Shown: positions 21,373-31,344 of the stretch, piece by piece
Layout: each line of letters begins with the position of its first letter
How positions within the stretch are numbered: position 1 is the stretch's first letter
DNA from: Promethearchaeota archaeon
Lineage (GTDB): Archaea; Asgardarchaeota; Lokiarchaeia; Sigyniarchaeales; SOKP01
Assembly: GCA_019058295.1 (NCBI GenBank)
Contig: JAHPZI010000007.1
Coordinates: 1 to 64,000, forward strand
Reading direction: 5' to 3'
Length of the DNA stretch: 64,000 nucleotides
Notes under the pieces: model-generated
Seen by the model: the letters and a program-made list of their open reading frames with translations, nothing else
Databases searched by the model: none
What the model was told of the DNA's origin: nothing
Position numbers and translations under genes: made by a program

Positions 21373-21413
21373 GCAACCAACAAAAAACAGGGTGAAAAGG
21401 TTTTATTGGTTGC
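21373..21413. promoter_or_regulatory. Inverted repeat between divergent mutase operon and surface-protein gene
   Basis: GCAACCAA-C-AAAA ... TTTT-A-TTGGTTGC. Confidence 0.4.
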
Positions 21414-21679
21414 ACTTTGTTATAATACTACTAATAAAAGCACTAATAAGGATAATATAAAGTTTAGAAGATATTTTGCTCGATTTCTTTTTTCATTAAG
21501 CAACTCTATTCAACCTTATATTATCTTTCTAAATGTAAATTGATACAGTATTATTATCGAAAAAATGAGATGCTATTAAAAATTTACGAATACCTATATC
21601 TTCAGACATATGTTTTTATAGTTGTTTATTATAAGTATATACTATATTATAAAATTAAATTAAAAACATTCAAAAAAAA

Positions 21680-23071
21680 ATGTCTAAAAAACCAAATATT
21701 TTATTGAGTTTAATTATACTATCATTTCTTGTTTCAGTCTGTTCTATTAGTGTTGTTCAAGAAAATCCCTCAACAGTGATTAAAAAACAAGATGATGAGA
21801 AAATAACTGGAATATCGGCACCAACAACAAGTGGATACGCAGTAACGGAAAAGTGGAGATGGAAAAATTCATTTAATTTTAACCCAGATGCTGTACAAGT
21901 AGAAATATCTTTAGATGGAAAATATATTGTCGCAAGATACGAGGATAACCCTAATGTGACATTATTTAAAAATGACAATAATGAGACCGTCTGGATATAT
22001 GAAAATGTAGCAATTATTCAGGACGTCGCAATATCACGTAATGGAGAATATATTGTAGTATGTAATGGTAGTCATGTAATTTGTTTAGATAATTCACCTG
22101 AATTTCCAAAAACAGAATTATGGAGATATGCTGTTGTTGGTGGTGTGAATGATGTTGATATTTCTCTCGATGGAGATTATATATGTGCTATTAATAATAC
22201 AGCTGTTTTTTTACTTAATAAGTCTGGAGGAGTGGAATGGATCCATGATGTTGGGACTTTTCTTTGGGATATAGCAATTTCCGGAGATGAAATATTGGGG
22301 TTTAAACATCATGTAATCGTAGGAGAGGACAATGGCTGGGTCTTTTTATTTAATACTACAGAGTATGATCAAGACATTCCAATGTGGGCCGATAAATTGG
22401 GGGGTTTGATTGATAAGGTTGCTATTTCTGATGATGGAAACTATGGTGTAGCAAAAGATCAAGCAAATGACGTATATTTTTTTAATACGACAGATCACGA
22501 CATAGGGATTCCTATGTGGACATGGAGTACTGGGAATACTATTCGAGATATATCTATCTCCTCTGATGGAAAATATATTATAGTCTCTGATACAGATAAA
22601 GTATATTACTTTAATAATTCATTTTATTCAGGGCAGAAACTACCCATGTGGTCCTACGATCCTGTTGATGATACTGTTTATTCTGATATTAACGCAGATG
22701 GTACATATGTAATCGCTGGAACACCTGCTGGACCTAGTGCTTATCTTCTTAAGAATAATCTAACAAATCCAATACAAGAGTGGACTTTAGGATTGAGTAT
22801 TGCGGATGTAGCAATTTCAGGGTGGGGAGATTATTTTGTACTATCAATGGATAATCAAATAGCACCACAAGGTACAAATCTTATTCTATTCCATCATGCA
22901 AGACCAATACCACCCATACTTCGGCCTTTATTAGGTGGTGATGATGATGATGATGATGATGACGAAGGACTAGCAATTCCAATTGGAAATTATTATTTGG
23001 TATTTGCTTTCGCAGCTATAATTTCGCTGATAGTAATAATCAAACGAAAAGCAATTCTTTCAAAAGATTAA
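21680..23071 (+). CDS. Membrane-anchored WD40/PQQ-like beta-propeller surface protein
   Basis: Signal peptide. Repeated V.IS.DG.YI units with W. Poly-Asp linker followed by IPIGNYYL-TM-KRK. Confidence 0.88.
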   Translation: MSKKPNILLSLIILSFLVSVCSISVVQENPSTVIKKQDDEKITGISAPTTSGYAVTEKWRWKNSFNFNPDAVQVEISLDGKYIVARYEDNPNVTLFKNDNNETVWIYENVAIIQDVAISRNGEYIVVCNGSHVICLDNSPEFPKTELWRYAVVGGVNDVDISLDGDYICAINNTAVFLLNKSGGVEWIHDVGTFLWDIAISGDEILGFKHHVIVGEDNGWVFLFNTTEYDQDIPMWADKLGGLIDKVAISDDGNYGVAKDQANDVYFFNTTDHDIGIPMWTWSTGNTIRDISISSDGKYIIVSDTDKVYYFNNSFYSGQKLPMWSYDPVDDTVYSDINADGTYVIAGTPAGPSAYLLKNNLTNPIQEWTLGLSIADVAISGWGDYFVLSMDNQIAPQGTNLILFHHARPIPPILRPLLGGDDDDDDDDEGLAIPIGNYYLVFAFAAIISLIVIIKRKAILSKD

Positions 23072-23252
23072 ATCTTTAATTAACTTTTTTTTCTTTTTTA
23101 GGAATAAGTATTTGAATAAATTTATTCAAATTGAGATAAAATAAAAATCTTAAAGAAAAGTAGTTAAGAATCTCATTATTTAGCAAAATTTTTTAATTAT
23201 CATACATGAGAGTAAATATCTGAGTTAACATAAACTTTAAACATCAATTTTA

Positions 23253-23888
23253 GTGAATAAATTGGCTCATCGAAGACCTTGGCGTTGCTATAGTAAGTGG
23301 TCAAGAAGACCATTCCAATATAAACGGAGTGCAAATAGAAGGCGGGAATATGCCCGTGGGGGTTCTCAATCAAAAATCGTTCGTTATTGGGGAGGAAATA
23401 AAGAAGTTCCATGGAAAGAATGGGATATAGTTGTAGGGTTAAAAGTTGATAAACAAATTCAAATTTCATCAAACGCTTTAGAAGCAATCCGCATTACTAT
23501 TAATGGAGCTCTTCAGAAAAAACTGGGAAGAAATAATTTTCGCCTTCGAGTAAGGTCTAAACCATTTCAAAAATACCGAGAAAATAGGATGCTTGCCTTT
23601 GCTGGAGCAGATCGCGTACAGTCAGGAATGCGTAACTCATTTGGAAGATCAACAGGAGTATGCGCACGAGTTAAAGCAGGTTCGGTAATTTGTGAAGTTG
23701 GATGTGCATTAAGAAATTTACCTTTAGTCAGAGACCGTTTAAGAGTTGCTGGTATGAAAGTTCCCTCCTCTTGTCAAATTGTCGTTTTGAAGTACAAATC
23801 ACCAGAAATTTTCAAAAGATCTGGGTTACCCCTATACGATGATAAAAAGCGGAGAGAGATTCCGATATATGAATTGGCTTTTACATAA
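23253..23888 (+). CDS. rpl10e: 50S ribosomal protein uL16 (L10e)
   Basis: RRPWRCY, QISSNALEAIRI, RENRMLAFAGADRVQSGMRNSFG. Confidence 0.97.
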   Translation: MNKLAHRRPWRCYSKWSRRPFQYKRSANRRREYARGGSQSKIVRYWGGNKEVPWKEWDIVVGLKVDKQIQISSNALEAIRITINGALQKKLGRNNFRLRVRSKPFQKYRENRMLAFAGADRVQSGMRNSFGRSTGVCARVKAGSVICEVGCALRNLPLVRDRLRVAGMKVPSSCQIVVLKYKSPEIFKRSGLPLYDDKKRREIPIYELAFT

Positions 23889-23929
23889 TTCCACGTTGGA
23901 AATTTTTTGATTAAAAAATTTAAAAATAT

Positions 23930-25297
23930 GTGCCTTTATTGAAAAATCTAGACCCTTTCTTTAATCCGAAAAGCATTTTAATCGTAGGAGTTTCTCGGAA
24001 AGCCTATACTTTTAGTTATACTACCTTAAAAAATTTATTAGAAATATTTTATAGTAATAAAATTTATTTATTAAATCCAAATGCCAATGAAATACTTGGA
24101 GTTAAATCTTATCATGCTTTAGAAGAATTACCAGAAGTTCCTGAATTAGCTGTTATTGTTGTTGCATTTGATGATAAAATAATAGATATTGTAGAAAAAT
24201 TGGGTCAATTTGGAGTAAAATTCATTACGATTCAATCAGAATTAAAGGAAGGTAGAAATAATATGGATTTTATTTTGAAATTGAATCAAATTTGCGATAA
24301 ATATGGAATTACTTATTTAGGACCTTCTATGATTGGAATTATAAATTTTATTGATAATTTCACAACCTCAATAATTCCAGTTAGGCAATACATTATGCGA
24401 GAAAATAAAAATATAGAACATGGTATTAGTTTTATAGCTCAATCAGGAGGATTAGCTGGTGCATTAGGGTGGTGGAGACCATCCCAGAAATTGCCCATTT
24501 CAAAAGTAGTCCATTTAGGTAAAGGATTTCACATTAACGAGGCTGATTTACTTGAATATTTTCTAACCGATACTTCAACTAAAGTAATTTCATTATTTTT
24601 AAGAGATATCTCAGAAGAATTAATTAATGCTGTTAAAAATATAACCCCCTATAAACCTGTTCTTTTCTTTTATGTGGGTAAAGATGAATTAAAAGAAAAA
24701 GAATTGCAGGACGCAGGTGGTATACGCGTATTAAATTATATTGAACTTTTTGAAATTGCAAAAATATTTTTATGGTGTCCGGAACCCCACGGGATGAAAT
24801 TAGGGATAATTGGTCCATCTTCGGGGGCAATTCATTTAATTGTTAAAGAAATGAGAAATCAAAAATTATCTTTAGCAAAACCTTCTCAAAAATCCCAAGA
24901 AATAATTTTGGATAAAATAGGTGGCTCCACTTGTGCTTATGGAAATCCTGTAGATTATTGGCCACCTGATAAATTAATAGGTATTAAAATTTGTGGGATA
25001 TATAATACATCAGCAAATACTTTATTAAGGGACGATAACGTAGATGGTTTAATTCTTGCGCTTGAGTTTTTCATTGAAATTGAATTTGATTTTAATATTT
25101 TTGAAAAAATAAAGAAAGATTTTCCAAATAAACCCATAATAGCAATATTAATTCAAGCTGAAAGAGAAGGTGCGAAAAGAGTGTTTAATTCTGCTTCTGA
25201 ATTGAGAATTCCCGTTTTTGAAAACGAAATAGAACGTGCTGTACGTGGTTATAAATTATTGTACGACTATTATTCAAAAATAAAAAATAAAAAATAG
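23930..25297 (+). CDS. Acyl-CoA synthetase (NDP-forming) alpha-like CoA-binding protein, apparently lacking the phospho-His loop
   Basis: LDPFFNPKSILIVGVS, LGPSMIGIIN, IAQSGG and GNPVD motifs. No SHTG motif. Confidence 0.8.
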   Translation: MPLLKNLDPFFNPKSILIVGVSRKAYTFSYTTLKNLLEIFYSNKIYLLNPNANEILGVKSYHALEELPEVPELAVIVVAFDDKIIDIVEKLGQFGVKFITIQSELKEGRNNMDFILKLNQICDKYGITYLGPSMIGIINFIDNFTTSIIPVRQYIMRENKNIEHGISFIAQSGGLAGALGWWRPSQKLPISKVVHLGKGFHINEADLLEYFLTDTSTKVISLFLRDISEELINAVKNITPYKPVLFFYVGKDELKEKELQDAGGIRVLNYIELFEIAKIFLWCPEPHGMKLGIIGPSSGAIHLIVKEMRNQKLSLAKPSQKSQEIILDKIGGSTCAYGNPVDYWPPDKLIGIKICGIYNTSANTLLRDDNVDGLILALEFFIEIEFDFNIFEKIKKDFPNKPIIAILIQAEREGAKRVFNSASELRIPVFENEIERAVRGYKLLYDYYSKIKNKK

Positions 25298-25302
25298 ACA
25301 AA

Positions 25303-26556
25303 TTAGCTTGAAAAAATATCTTTAAGTTCTTCTGGTATGTCAACATCTTCGTCCATTAAGGAAAGTATATAGATTTTTTCTCCGCATTTGCATTCTTGTC
25401 CTTCAAACAAATAAAATTTGAATTGATTTTTCCAATTGCAAATTTGAATGCTATTAAATTCTGCCACCTCACCACATACACAAAATATTGGGGTATTCTC
25501 TAAATTTGGCATAATTTCATTTAAATTCTTAGGAGCTTCCGCAAAATCGCAGCTATTCAATAGATTGTTAATTTTATCTGCTAATGCGCTTTTTAAACTA
25601 GGTACGAAATTAGAAAGAACACCATTCTTACCAATTAATTCTGTTAAAACTATAAAATTTTTTTCTGGTTTTGTTTTCTTCTTTATTTCAGAAGGGAGTT
25701 GCTTAAATTGCTGAAGTAATAATTCAGGTATTGGAAAGGGTTCCATACCCTCTGGATATTCAAAAGAAAAGAAATATTGCGCTGACCCCCTCACAGTTCT
25801 CTGATTGATTAATTTTAAATTCTCATAATCTCTGCTATGAAGAACAAATTTTATTAACTGAAGCGGAACCTTCATATCTAGGAGTCCTGATCGAATATTA
25901 TTTAGAACTTCACCAGTGAAAGTCTTTAAGATCATAATTTCTTCACGATTTTCTGAATAAAATGAGTTTTTATTTTCTTCCTTAAAAGCATACCATTTTC
26001 TTAATATGGCGCCTCTAACTAATTGAGGGACCATGCAAAGAACACATGATAAAGGGATAAATACCCATATTAACTCAGCCATAGCTCCCATAAAAACGGT
26101 CATTAAAACTAGTAATATAACAAACATGGGTAATGTGGTTATTAAGCTTAATTTTCTTAATCGTTTATCTACAGGTTGTTTAAATCCTTGCATTAAAGCA
26201 ATATCTTCGCCCTTTTTTTTTAATTGATAAATAGTCTCAATGATTTGTTTATCTTCGAAATTTCTTTTTAACAGTTTATCTTCTTCCTTATCAACGGTAG
26301 CAAGAAAATTTTGTATCTCGTTTTTATACTGTTCAATAGAACGATCTTTATATATGAAATCAAGGGTTTCCTCGGAAAAATAATCCAAAAAACGTGAGAT
26401 AAAGAGTTTTTTCTCAATCTCTTGAATATCTTTGGGCTTAAGACCTAATGCTTCTTGTAGCAATTGTCCTTGAGTTTTCTTAACCGGTTCGGCTTCCTTA
26501 TCTTTTTTTTCCGAGGGCTCCGTTTTTAAATCTTTACTTTTAGTGTTTTCAGTCAT
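25303..26556 (-). CDS. Hypothetical 2-TM membrane protein with C-terminal Cys motifs
   Basis: Long ORF with two hydrophobic helices and CVCG...CKCG near the C-terminus. Confidence 0.8.
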   Translation of the reverse strand: MTENTKSKDLKTEPSEKKDKEAEPVKKTQGQLLQEALGLKPKDIQEIEKKLFISRFLDYFSEETLDFIYKDRSIEQYKNEIQNFLATVDKEEDKLLKRNFEDKQIIETIYQLKKKGEDIALMQGFKQPVDKRLRKLSLITTLPMFVILLVLMTVFMGAMAELIWVFIPLSCVLCMVPQLVRGAILRKWYAFKEENKNSFYSENREEIMILKTFTGEVLNNIRSGLLDMKVPLQLIKFVLHSRDYENLKLINQRTVRGSAQYFFSFEYPEGMEPFPIPELLLQQFKQLPSEIKKKTKPEKNFIVLTELIGKNGVLSNFVPSLKSALADKINNLLNSCDFAEAPKNLNEIMPNLENTPIFCVCGEVAEFNSIQICNWKNQFKFYLFEGQECKCGEKIYILSLMDEDVDIPEELKDIFSS

Positions 26557-26727
26557 ATTCTATTCAAAATCGCTAATAATTTATGGCTAAAAAAACAAAA
26601 TTAATTAAAGTAAATAACTCTTTCGATATGAAATAAAAGGAATCTCTAAATTGATTTAAGTAAAATTTTAAAAATCTTCTCATTTACTTTAAAAAAAAGA
26701 TTAAAAAAAATAACCCTTTAAATTGAA

Positions 26728-26958
26728 TTAGGCAACATTTACAACTGATTTTACTTCTGGGATGAATTGTTTTATTGCTCGTTCGATTCCAAACTGGAGT
26801 GTTTGTTGAGCATGCATACAACCCGCACAATGTCCCATTAATCTCACTTTAACTATGCCATCATCACTAACTTCGATAAATTCAACGTCTCCCCCATCCA
26901 TTTGGAGTTGAGGTCTAATTTTATCAATTATTTGCTTAACTTTCTCTTTATCTATCAA
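26728..26958 (-). CDS. NifU/Nfu-type Fe-S cluster carrier
   Basis: IRPQLQMDGGDVE...GHCAGCM. Confidence 0.93.
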   Translation of the reverse strand: MIDKEKVKQIIDKIRPQLQMDGGDVEFIEVSDDGIVKVRLMGHCAGCMHAQQTLQFGIERAIKQFIPEVKSVVNVA

Positions 26959-27115
26959 ACTTTTTCACAATTCATATTTTTATTATTTATAATAAATAAG
27001 ATAATTATTTTAAAACTTTCAATTATAAAACATAAAAGAATTTGTTAGTAACTTTTGTATGAATAATAAAAATATAGAGAAAATTTATGTATAAAAATAA
27101 TTGAGGGATAAATAA

Positions 27116-27493
27116 TTGAATACTGAAGAATTTATGGAGCAACTAAATGAAGCGCAAAATTTAATGTCCCAAGAAAAATATAAAGAAGCAATCGTCTTAC
27201 TTGAAGAATTGAAAGAGATTGATAGAGAAACCAACTTAAATTATAATTTAACTCACAGATTGTATCAGCTCTTTTCTAATTGTCAATCTCTTTATAACCA
27301 AAAAATAATTCTAATGCATATCAATGAAATCTCAAAGAATTCTACTTCTTTAACGCTTCAGAAATTAAAACAAATATTAAAAGAAGAATTTAAAATCAAT
27401 TTAGAAGAAAAAATCTTAGTGCGAGAGATCGAATTGCTAATTCTAAGAGGCTTATTATCTTGCAGAATAGAAGATAATAAAATAATATTTTAG
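27116..27493 (+). CDS. Hypothetical helical protein (TPR-like pair + possible PCI-type winged helix)
   Basis: A..L...EKYKEAI..L helix pair. C-terminal EIELLILRGLLSCRIE. Confidence 0.7.
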   Translation: MNTEEFMEQLNEAQNLMSQEKYKEAIVLLEELKEIDRETNLNYNLTHRLYQLFSNCQSLYNQKIILMHINEISKNSTSLTLQKLKQILKEEFKINLEEKILVREIELLILRGLLSCRIEDNKIIF

Positions 27494-27564
27494 GCTCTTT
27501 TAAAAAAATCGTCTTTTTTAAATGCTAATTTAGAATTATTGAAAAAAGCATAGCATTCAAAATT

Positions 27565-28158
27565 ATGATTATCGATTCTCTAGATAAAATTATTCAGCTA
27601 AAAATTGTGTATTTTGGACCAGCTTTATCTGGAAAAACAACTTCCTTAAAGTCTCTTTTTAATCACTTTGGAAAGAAAGATAAAGTCAAAAGTATTGAAA
27701 GCACCGTAAATAGAACTCTTTTTTTTGATTACGGAACTATTTCATTTCAAAATGAAAAATGGAAACTGAAACTTCACATATATTCGACTACTGGCCAGGA
27801 TTTCTATATTGTAACGCGGCCAATAACACTCAAAGCAGTTGATGGAATTATTTTTGTAGCAGATTCTCAAATAAGCGCTTATGAGCGAAATCTTATTTCT
27901 TGGAACGAATTAGATACTTATTTTGATAATGCTTTAAAAATTCTTCCAAAGATTATTGCATTTAATAAACAAGATTTACCAGACAAATTTAGTCATGCTA
28001 CCTTTTTGGAAACGATTGACTACAACAAATATGACAATGTCGACATTGGATTCACAATAGCGTTAAATGGAGAAGGAATTTTGAGTTCTTTTGAGAATAT
28101 TTTAAGATTAATTTTTAAGGATTTATATAAAAGCAAATTAATTTCATCATTATGTTAG
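27565..28158 (+). CDS. MglA-family small GTPase
   Basis: KIVYFGPALSGKTT, RTLFFD, TTGQ, DGIIFVADS, NKQD. Confidence 0.9.
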   Translation: MIIDSLDKIIQLKIVYFGPALSGKTTSLKSLFNHFGKKDKVKSIESTVNRTLFFDYGTISFQNEKWKLKLHIYSTTGQDFYIVTRPITLKAVDGIIFVADSQISAYERNLISWNELDTYFDNALKILPKIIAFNKQDLPDKFSHATFLETIDYNKYDNVDIGFTIALNGEGILSSFENILRLIFKDLYKSKLISSLC

Positions 28159-28212
28159 GCCTTCTCATATTTAGATGGTAATTCCCCTTTTTTTCATTTA
28201 ACCCAGATAATT

Positions 28213-29412
28213 CTAGAAAAAATCGGATGATACTTGAGTTTGTATCCTAATACTCTTTTGACTATTATCTTCAATGACAGAAACTAAAGCGGAAATATCT
28301 TGCTTAGTTTTATAAGAAATTTCTTTTTCTTCCCCTTTCTGCCATTTATTAAAACCAGTCAAACTCGGGGCTGTTTCAAAAAGGCCTTTCTGGAGACCAC
28401 TAAGCTTAATGGTTACACCATATAAATCTTCATTTGAAGTGTTTTTAATCTTTATTCTATATTTTTCTAAATCAGAGTCTACAGAAAGTACTTTATATCT
28501 TTTTTGAAATTTAGATGACACATCAAATAAAGTAGATGCTTCAGAACTCCTGCGACCAAACCAATCTATTCCTTCTTTTGTCTCAGAAAAAGGCTTAGCT
28601 ATAATAGTAAGTGGGACTTCAAATTTAATAATATCTCGTCCTACTTTTTGTTTTCCCAAGATTAATAGGGAATATTTTGTATAATCTCCATAGCGAAATC
28701 CCCAGAATTCTTTTTCTGTTGGCTCCCAGAGATAATCATGCGATGGTTCTGCTATGTCGGGTACTTTTAATAACATGAATCCTGACTCCGTATTGTTAGT
28801 TTTTACATCACCCGCAATTGCGGGAGGTAGTTCCTCTACTTTACCACAGTTATGACCATAAGCTTCACAATAACAAACAAGATTGGCTTTTTGTAAAAGC
28901 CTTAATTCAATTTGTTTAAGATCATGAGAGTTATAATTAACTTTAATTGTCTCCCCTGGTCTAAATATATCTTTTGAAAGGCTTATGTCTAAACCCGAAA
29001 TAGATAATGCAATGGGATTCTGTATGATTTTCTTTTGCGAGGAATTTTGTTCTCTAATCACAATTTCGTGATCTTTTTTAATTATTAAATCATCATCAAG
29101 ATTAATTGGATTCACTTGTCTTAGAATCATCTGAACCGTGTAATCCAGATTGCGTTTTTTATTTGTAGGCACCACATTATTTTTAATTAATAATGCCCTG
29201 TCTCTTATATATTCTCCTGCCTCAAAAATGCCTTTGGAAAAAATCTCCTCCTTTGCTATTTGAAGTTCTTTTAAGCATGGTGGTGATGTAATTAATCTAA
29301 TTCCCGACCATAAAATAGATGACTCTTCTTCGAAGTTATATTTAGCACGAATCGCTAATTTTTCCCCTATGAAACAAATTCCTTGATTTAAATCGCTTAG
29401 CTCTAATTTCAT
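28213..29412 (-). CDS. Hypothetical protein, probable tandem arrestin-like beta-sandwich domains plus C-terminal beta module
   Basis: FIGEKLAI...GEYIR...P...LDYTV and SLSKDIFRPGETIKV patterns resemble arrestin N and C domains (inference). Confidence 0.65.
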   Translation of the reverse strand: MKLELSDLNQGICFIGEKLAIRAKYNFEEESSILWSGIRLITSPPCLKELQIAKEEIFSKGIFEAGEYIRDRALLIKNNVVPTNKKRNLDYTVQMILRQVNPINLDDDLIIKKDHEIVIREQNSSQKKIIQNPIALSISGLDISLSKDIFRPGETIKVNYNSHDLKQIELRLLQKANLVCYCEAYGHNCGKVEELPPAIAGDVKTNNTESGFMLLKVPDIAEPSHDYLWEPTEKEFWGFRYGDYTKYSLLILGKQKVGRDIIKFEVPLTIIAKPFSETKEGIDWFGRRSSEASTLFDVSSKFQKRYKVLSVDSDLEKYRIKIKNTSNEDLYGVTIKLSGLQKGLFETAPSLTGFNKWQKGEEKEISYKTKQDISALVSVIEDNSQKSIRIQTQVSSDFF

Positions 29413-29592
29413 TTCGATAATTCATCAAATAGAATAAATCTAAATATAAAAACGATTTGAGTTATATTAAATTTTTTTATTAATTCTCTGAATTTAAGTA
29501 TTTACAAAAATTTACAAAACGCCTTAATTGATAATATTTTAAAGTTTATTTTTTAAATACTATTTAATCAATAAAAAATCTCTAATATTCTA

Positions 29593-30303
29593 ATGAAAAA
29601 GAGTTTAAAAGATCAAATTAAAGCAATTCTTTTTGATTTGGATGGAACATTGTTGGATATTGAACTTGATCTTTTTATTAGAGAATATTTAACAGGATTA
29701 GCCACAAGTATCGCTCATATCATTCCCCAAAAAAAGCTTATCCCAAAGCTTATTAAAGTTTCTAGGATTATGGAAAATAATGATGGAAAGGAAACTAATG
29801 AAATTATTTTTAAGAAATCATTCTTTCCAATGATCGGTTATTCACAAGAAGATATTGAACCCATATTCATGAATTATTATGAACAAGAATTTTCAAAATT
29901 AAAGCACCATGCAAAAAAGAAACCTGAAGCTCGTTCTCTTATGACTTATATTTTTGATGAAGGATATGATGTGGTTATAGCGACAACTCCTCTTCTTCCA
30001 AGAACAGCTATAGAGCAAAGACTAGAATGGGCGGGAGTAGACGACTTTCCTTATAAATTAATTACATCTTATGAAATCATGAAAGCTACAAAACCAAATT
30101 TACTCTATTATAAACAAATATTAGAGATAATTGGACATCCAGTAGAGAAATGCTTAATGGTTGGTGATGAAGATAAAGATATGGTCGCAGCCCATCTTGG
30201 TATTCATACATTTCTCATTCCAAGTCCTGAAACAAAATTAAAACCTTCTACACCAAAACCTAATTTTCAAGGAAATCTCAACGATTTGAAAAGTATAATT
30301 TAA
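29593..30303 (+). CDS. HAD-superfamily hydrolase
   Basis: FDLDGTL, KP, MVGD motifs. Confidence 0.92.
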   Translation: MKKSLKDQIKAILFDLDGTLLDIELDLFIREYLTGLATSIAHIIPQKKLIPKLIKVSRIMENNDGKETNEIIFKKSFFPMIGYSQEDIEPIFMNYYEQEFSKLKHHAKKKPEARSLMTYIFDEGYDVVIATTPLLPRTAIEQRLEWAGVDDFPYKLITSYEIMKATKPNLLYYKQILEIIGHPVEKCLMVGDEDKDMVAAHLGIHTFLIPSPETKLKPSTPKPNFQGNLNDLKSII

Positions 30304-30358
30304 GAGGTTTATTATACTATAAAAAAGGTTTATTAAAAAGAGAGAAAATTAAAAAAAA

Positions 30359-31267
30359 TTAATCCGTATGTGCCTTAATTATTAAATCAGCGAATAGTTT
30401 CATATCCTTTATTAAAGTATTCAGCTTATCTTGTGAATTTACGTCAATTTCTCCTGATTTCATTATAAGAATTGAAATGATATATTTTAAGATATGTAGT
30501 TCAACTTCTTTTCCATCATCACTACGCCCTTTAAATATACCGGAATCCGACATGAATAAATTCTCTCTTACTGTGTTACAAGCATTAATAAAATCTCTTA
30601 GATCACCTCTTAAAGTTAAACCACTACTAACCCCAGGAACATTATGTACAATTACGTTTCCAGATATATCTGTGACAATTATTTTTGCATTAATCTCTTC
30701 AAGTTGTTTTTCTGCTTTCTCAACATGAGATTTTAAATCAGCATAAGAAGACATTAGGATATCTCTAAATACTTTTGCCAACTCGTCTTGAAGATAAATG
30801 CTAGTTAGCATGTGATCAAAATCATAGTCTTTAAATAAGTCTAAAAATATTTCTTTTGCCCGCTTCACGTTCGTATCGAGTAACTCTTTCTGATACTGTT
30901 CAGTGTCGTATTTATGCAAGAATAAAAAAATCTTTGGTTTTTCATTATTCTGACGATACAAATCCAATAATCCTATAAAATATTCTTTTGCTTGATTAAA
31001 ATTGTCAGGATCATGTAGGTCAACAATTGGAATTAAAATATCTGTTCCTCTAAATACCTCGGGTTTATCCATATATTCCTTTCTATACTGTTCTTGACCC
31101 CCAAAATCAAAAATCCCGACCTGTAGACCTAGGAACGGATGTCGTCTAGTTTCATATAATATCGTAGGACTTAATGACTTAGTTTCCTCTGGTCTTTTTT
31201 CAGCAAAGGCAACACTATAGAGGGAGGTTTTTCCACATCCACCTAATCCTACTAAACTAATTTTCAT
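30359..31267 (-). CDS. Rag/Gtr-like GTPase with C-terminal roadblock/longin-like domain
   Basis: GLGGCGKTS, PTI, FDFGGQ and the Rag-type G4 HKYD. C-terminal IIVTDISGNVI. Confidence 0.85.
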   Translation of the reverse strand: MKISLVGLGGCGKTSLYSVAFAEKRPEETKSLSPTILYETRRHPFLGLQVGIFDFGGQEQYRKEYMDKPEVFRGTDILIPIVDLHDPDNFNQAKEYFIGLLDLYRQNNEKPKIFLFLHKYDTEQYQKELLDTNVKRAKEIFLDLFKDYDFDHMLTSIYLQDELAKVFRDILMSSYADLKSHVEKAEKQLEEINAKIIVTDISGNVIVHNVPGVSSGLTLRGDLRDFINACNTVRENLFMSDSGIFKGRSDDGKEVELHILKYIISILIMKSGEIDVNSQDKLNTLIKDMKLFADLIIKAHTD

Positions 31268-31344
31268 ACAAATTTTTCCTCTATTGTTTTATTATTTTTG
31301 TTTTATAATAATTCATTAAATTTAACTTTAACATTTAAAATGAC

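Noticed and set aside
21300-21420. Cobalamin riboswitch upstream of the mutase operon
   Set aside because: Only a simple inverted repeat. B12-box consensus not visible.
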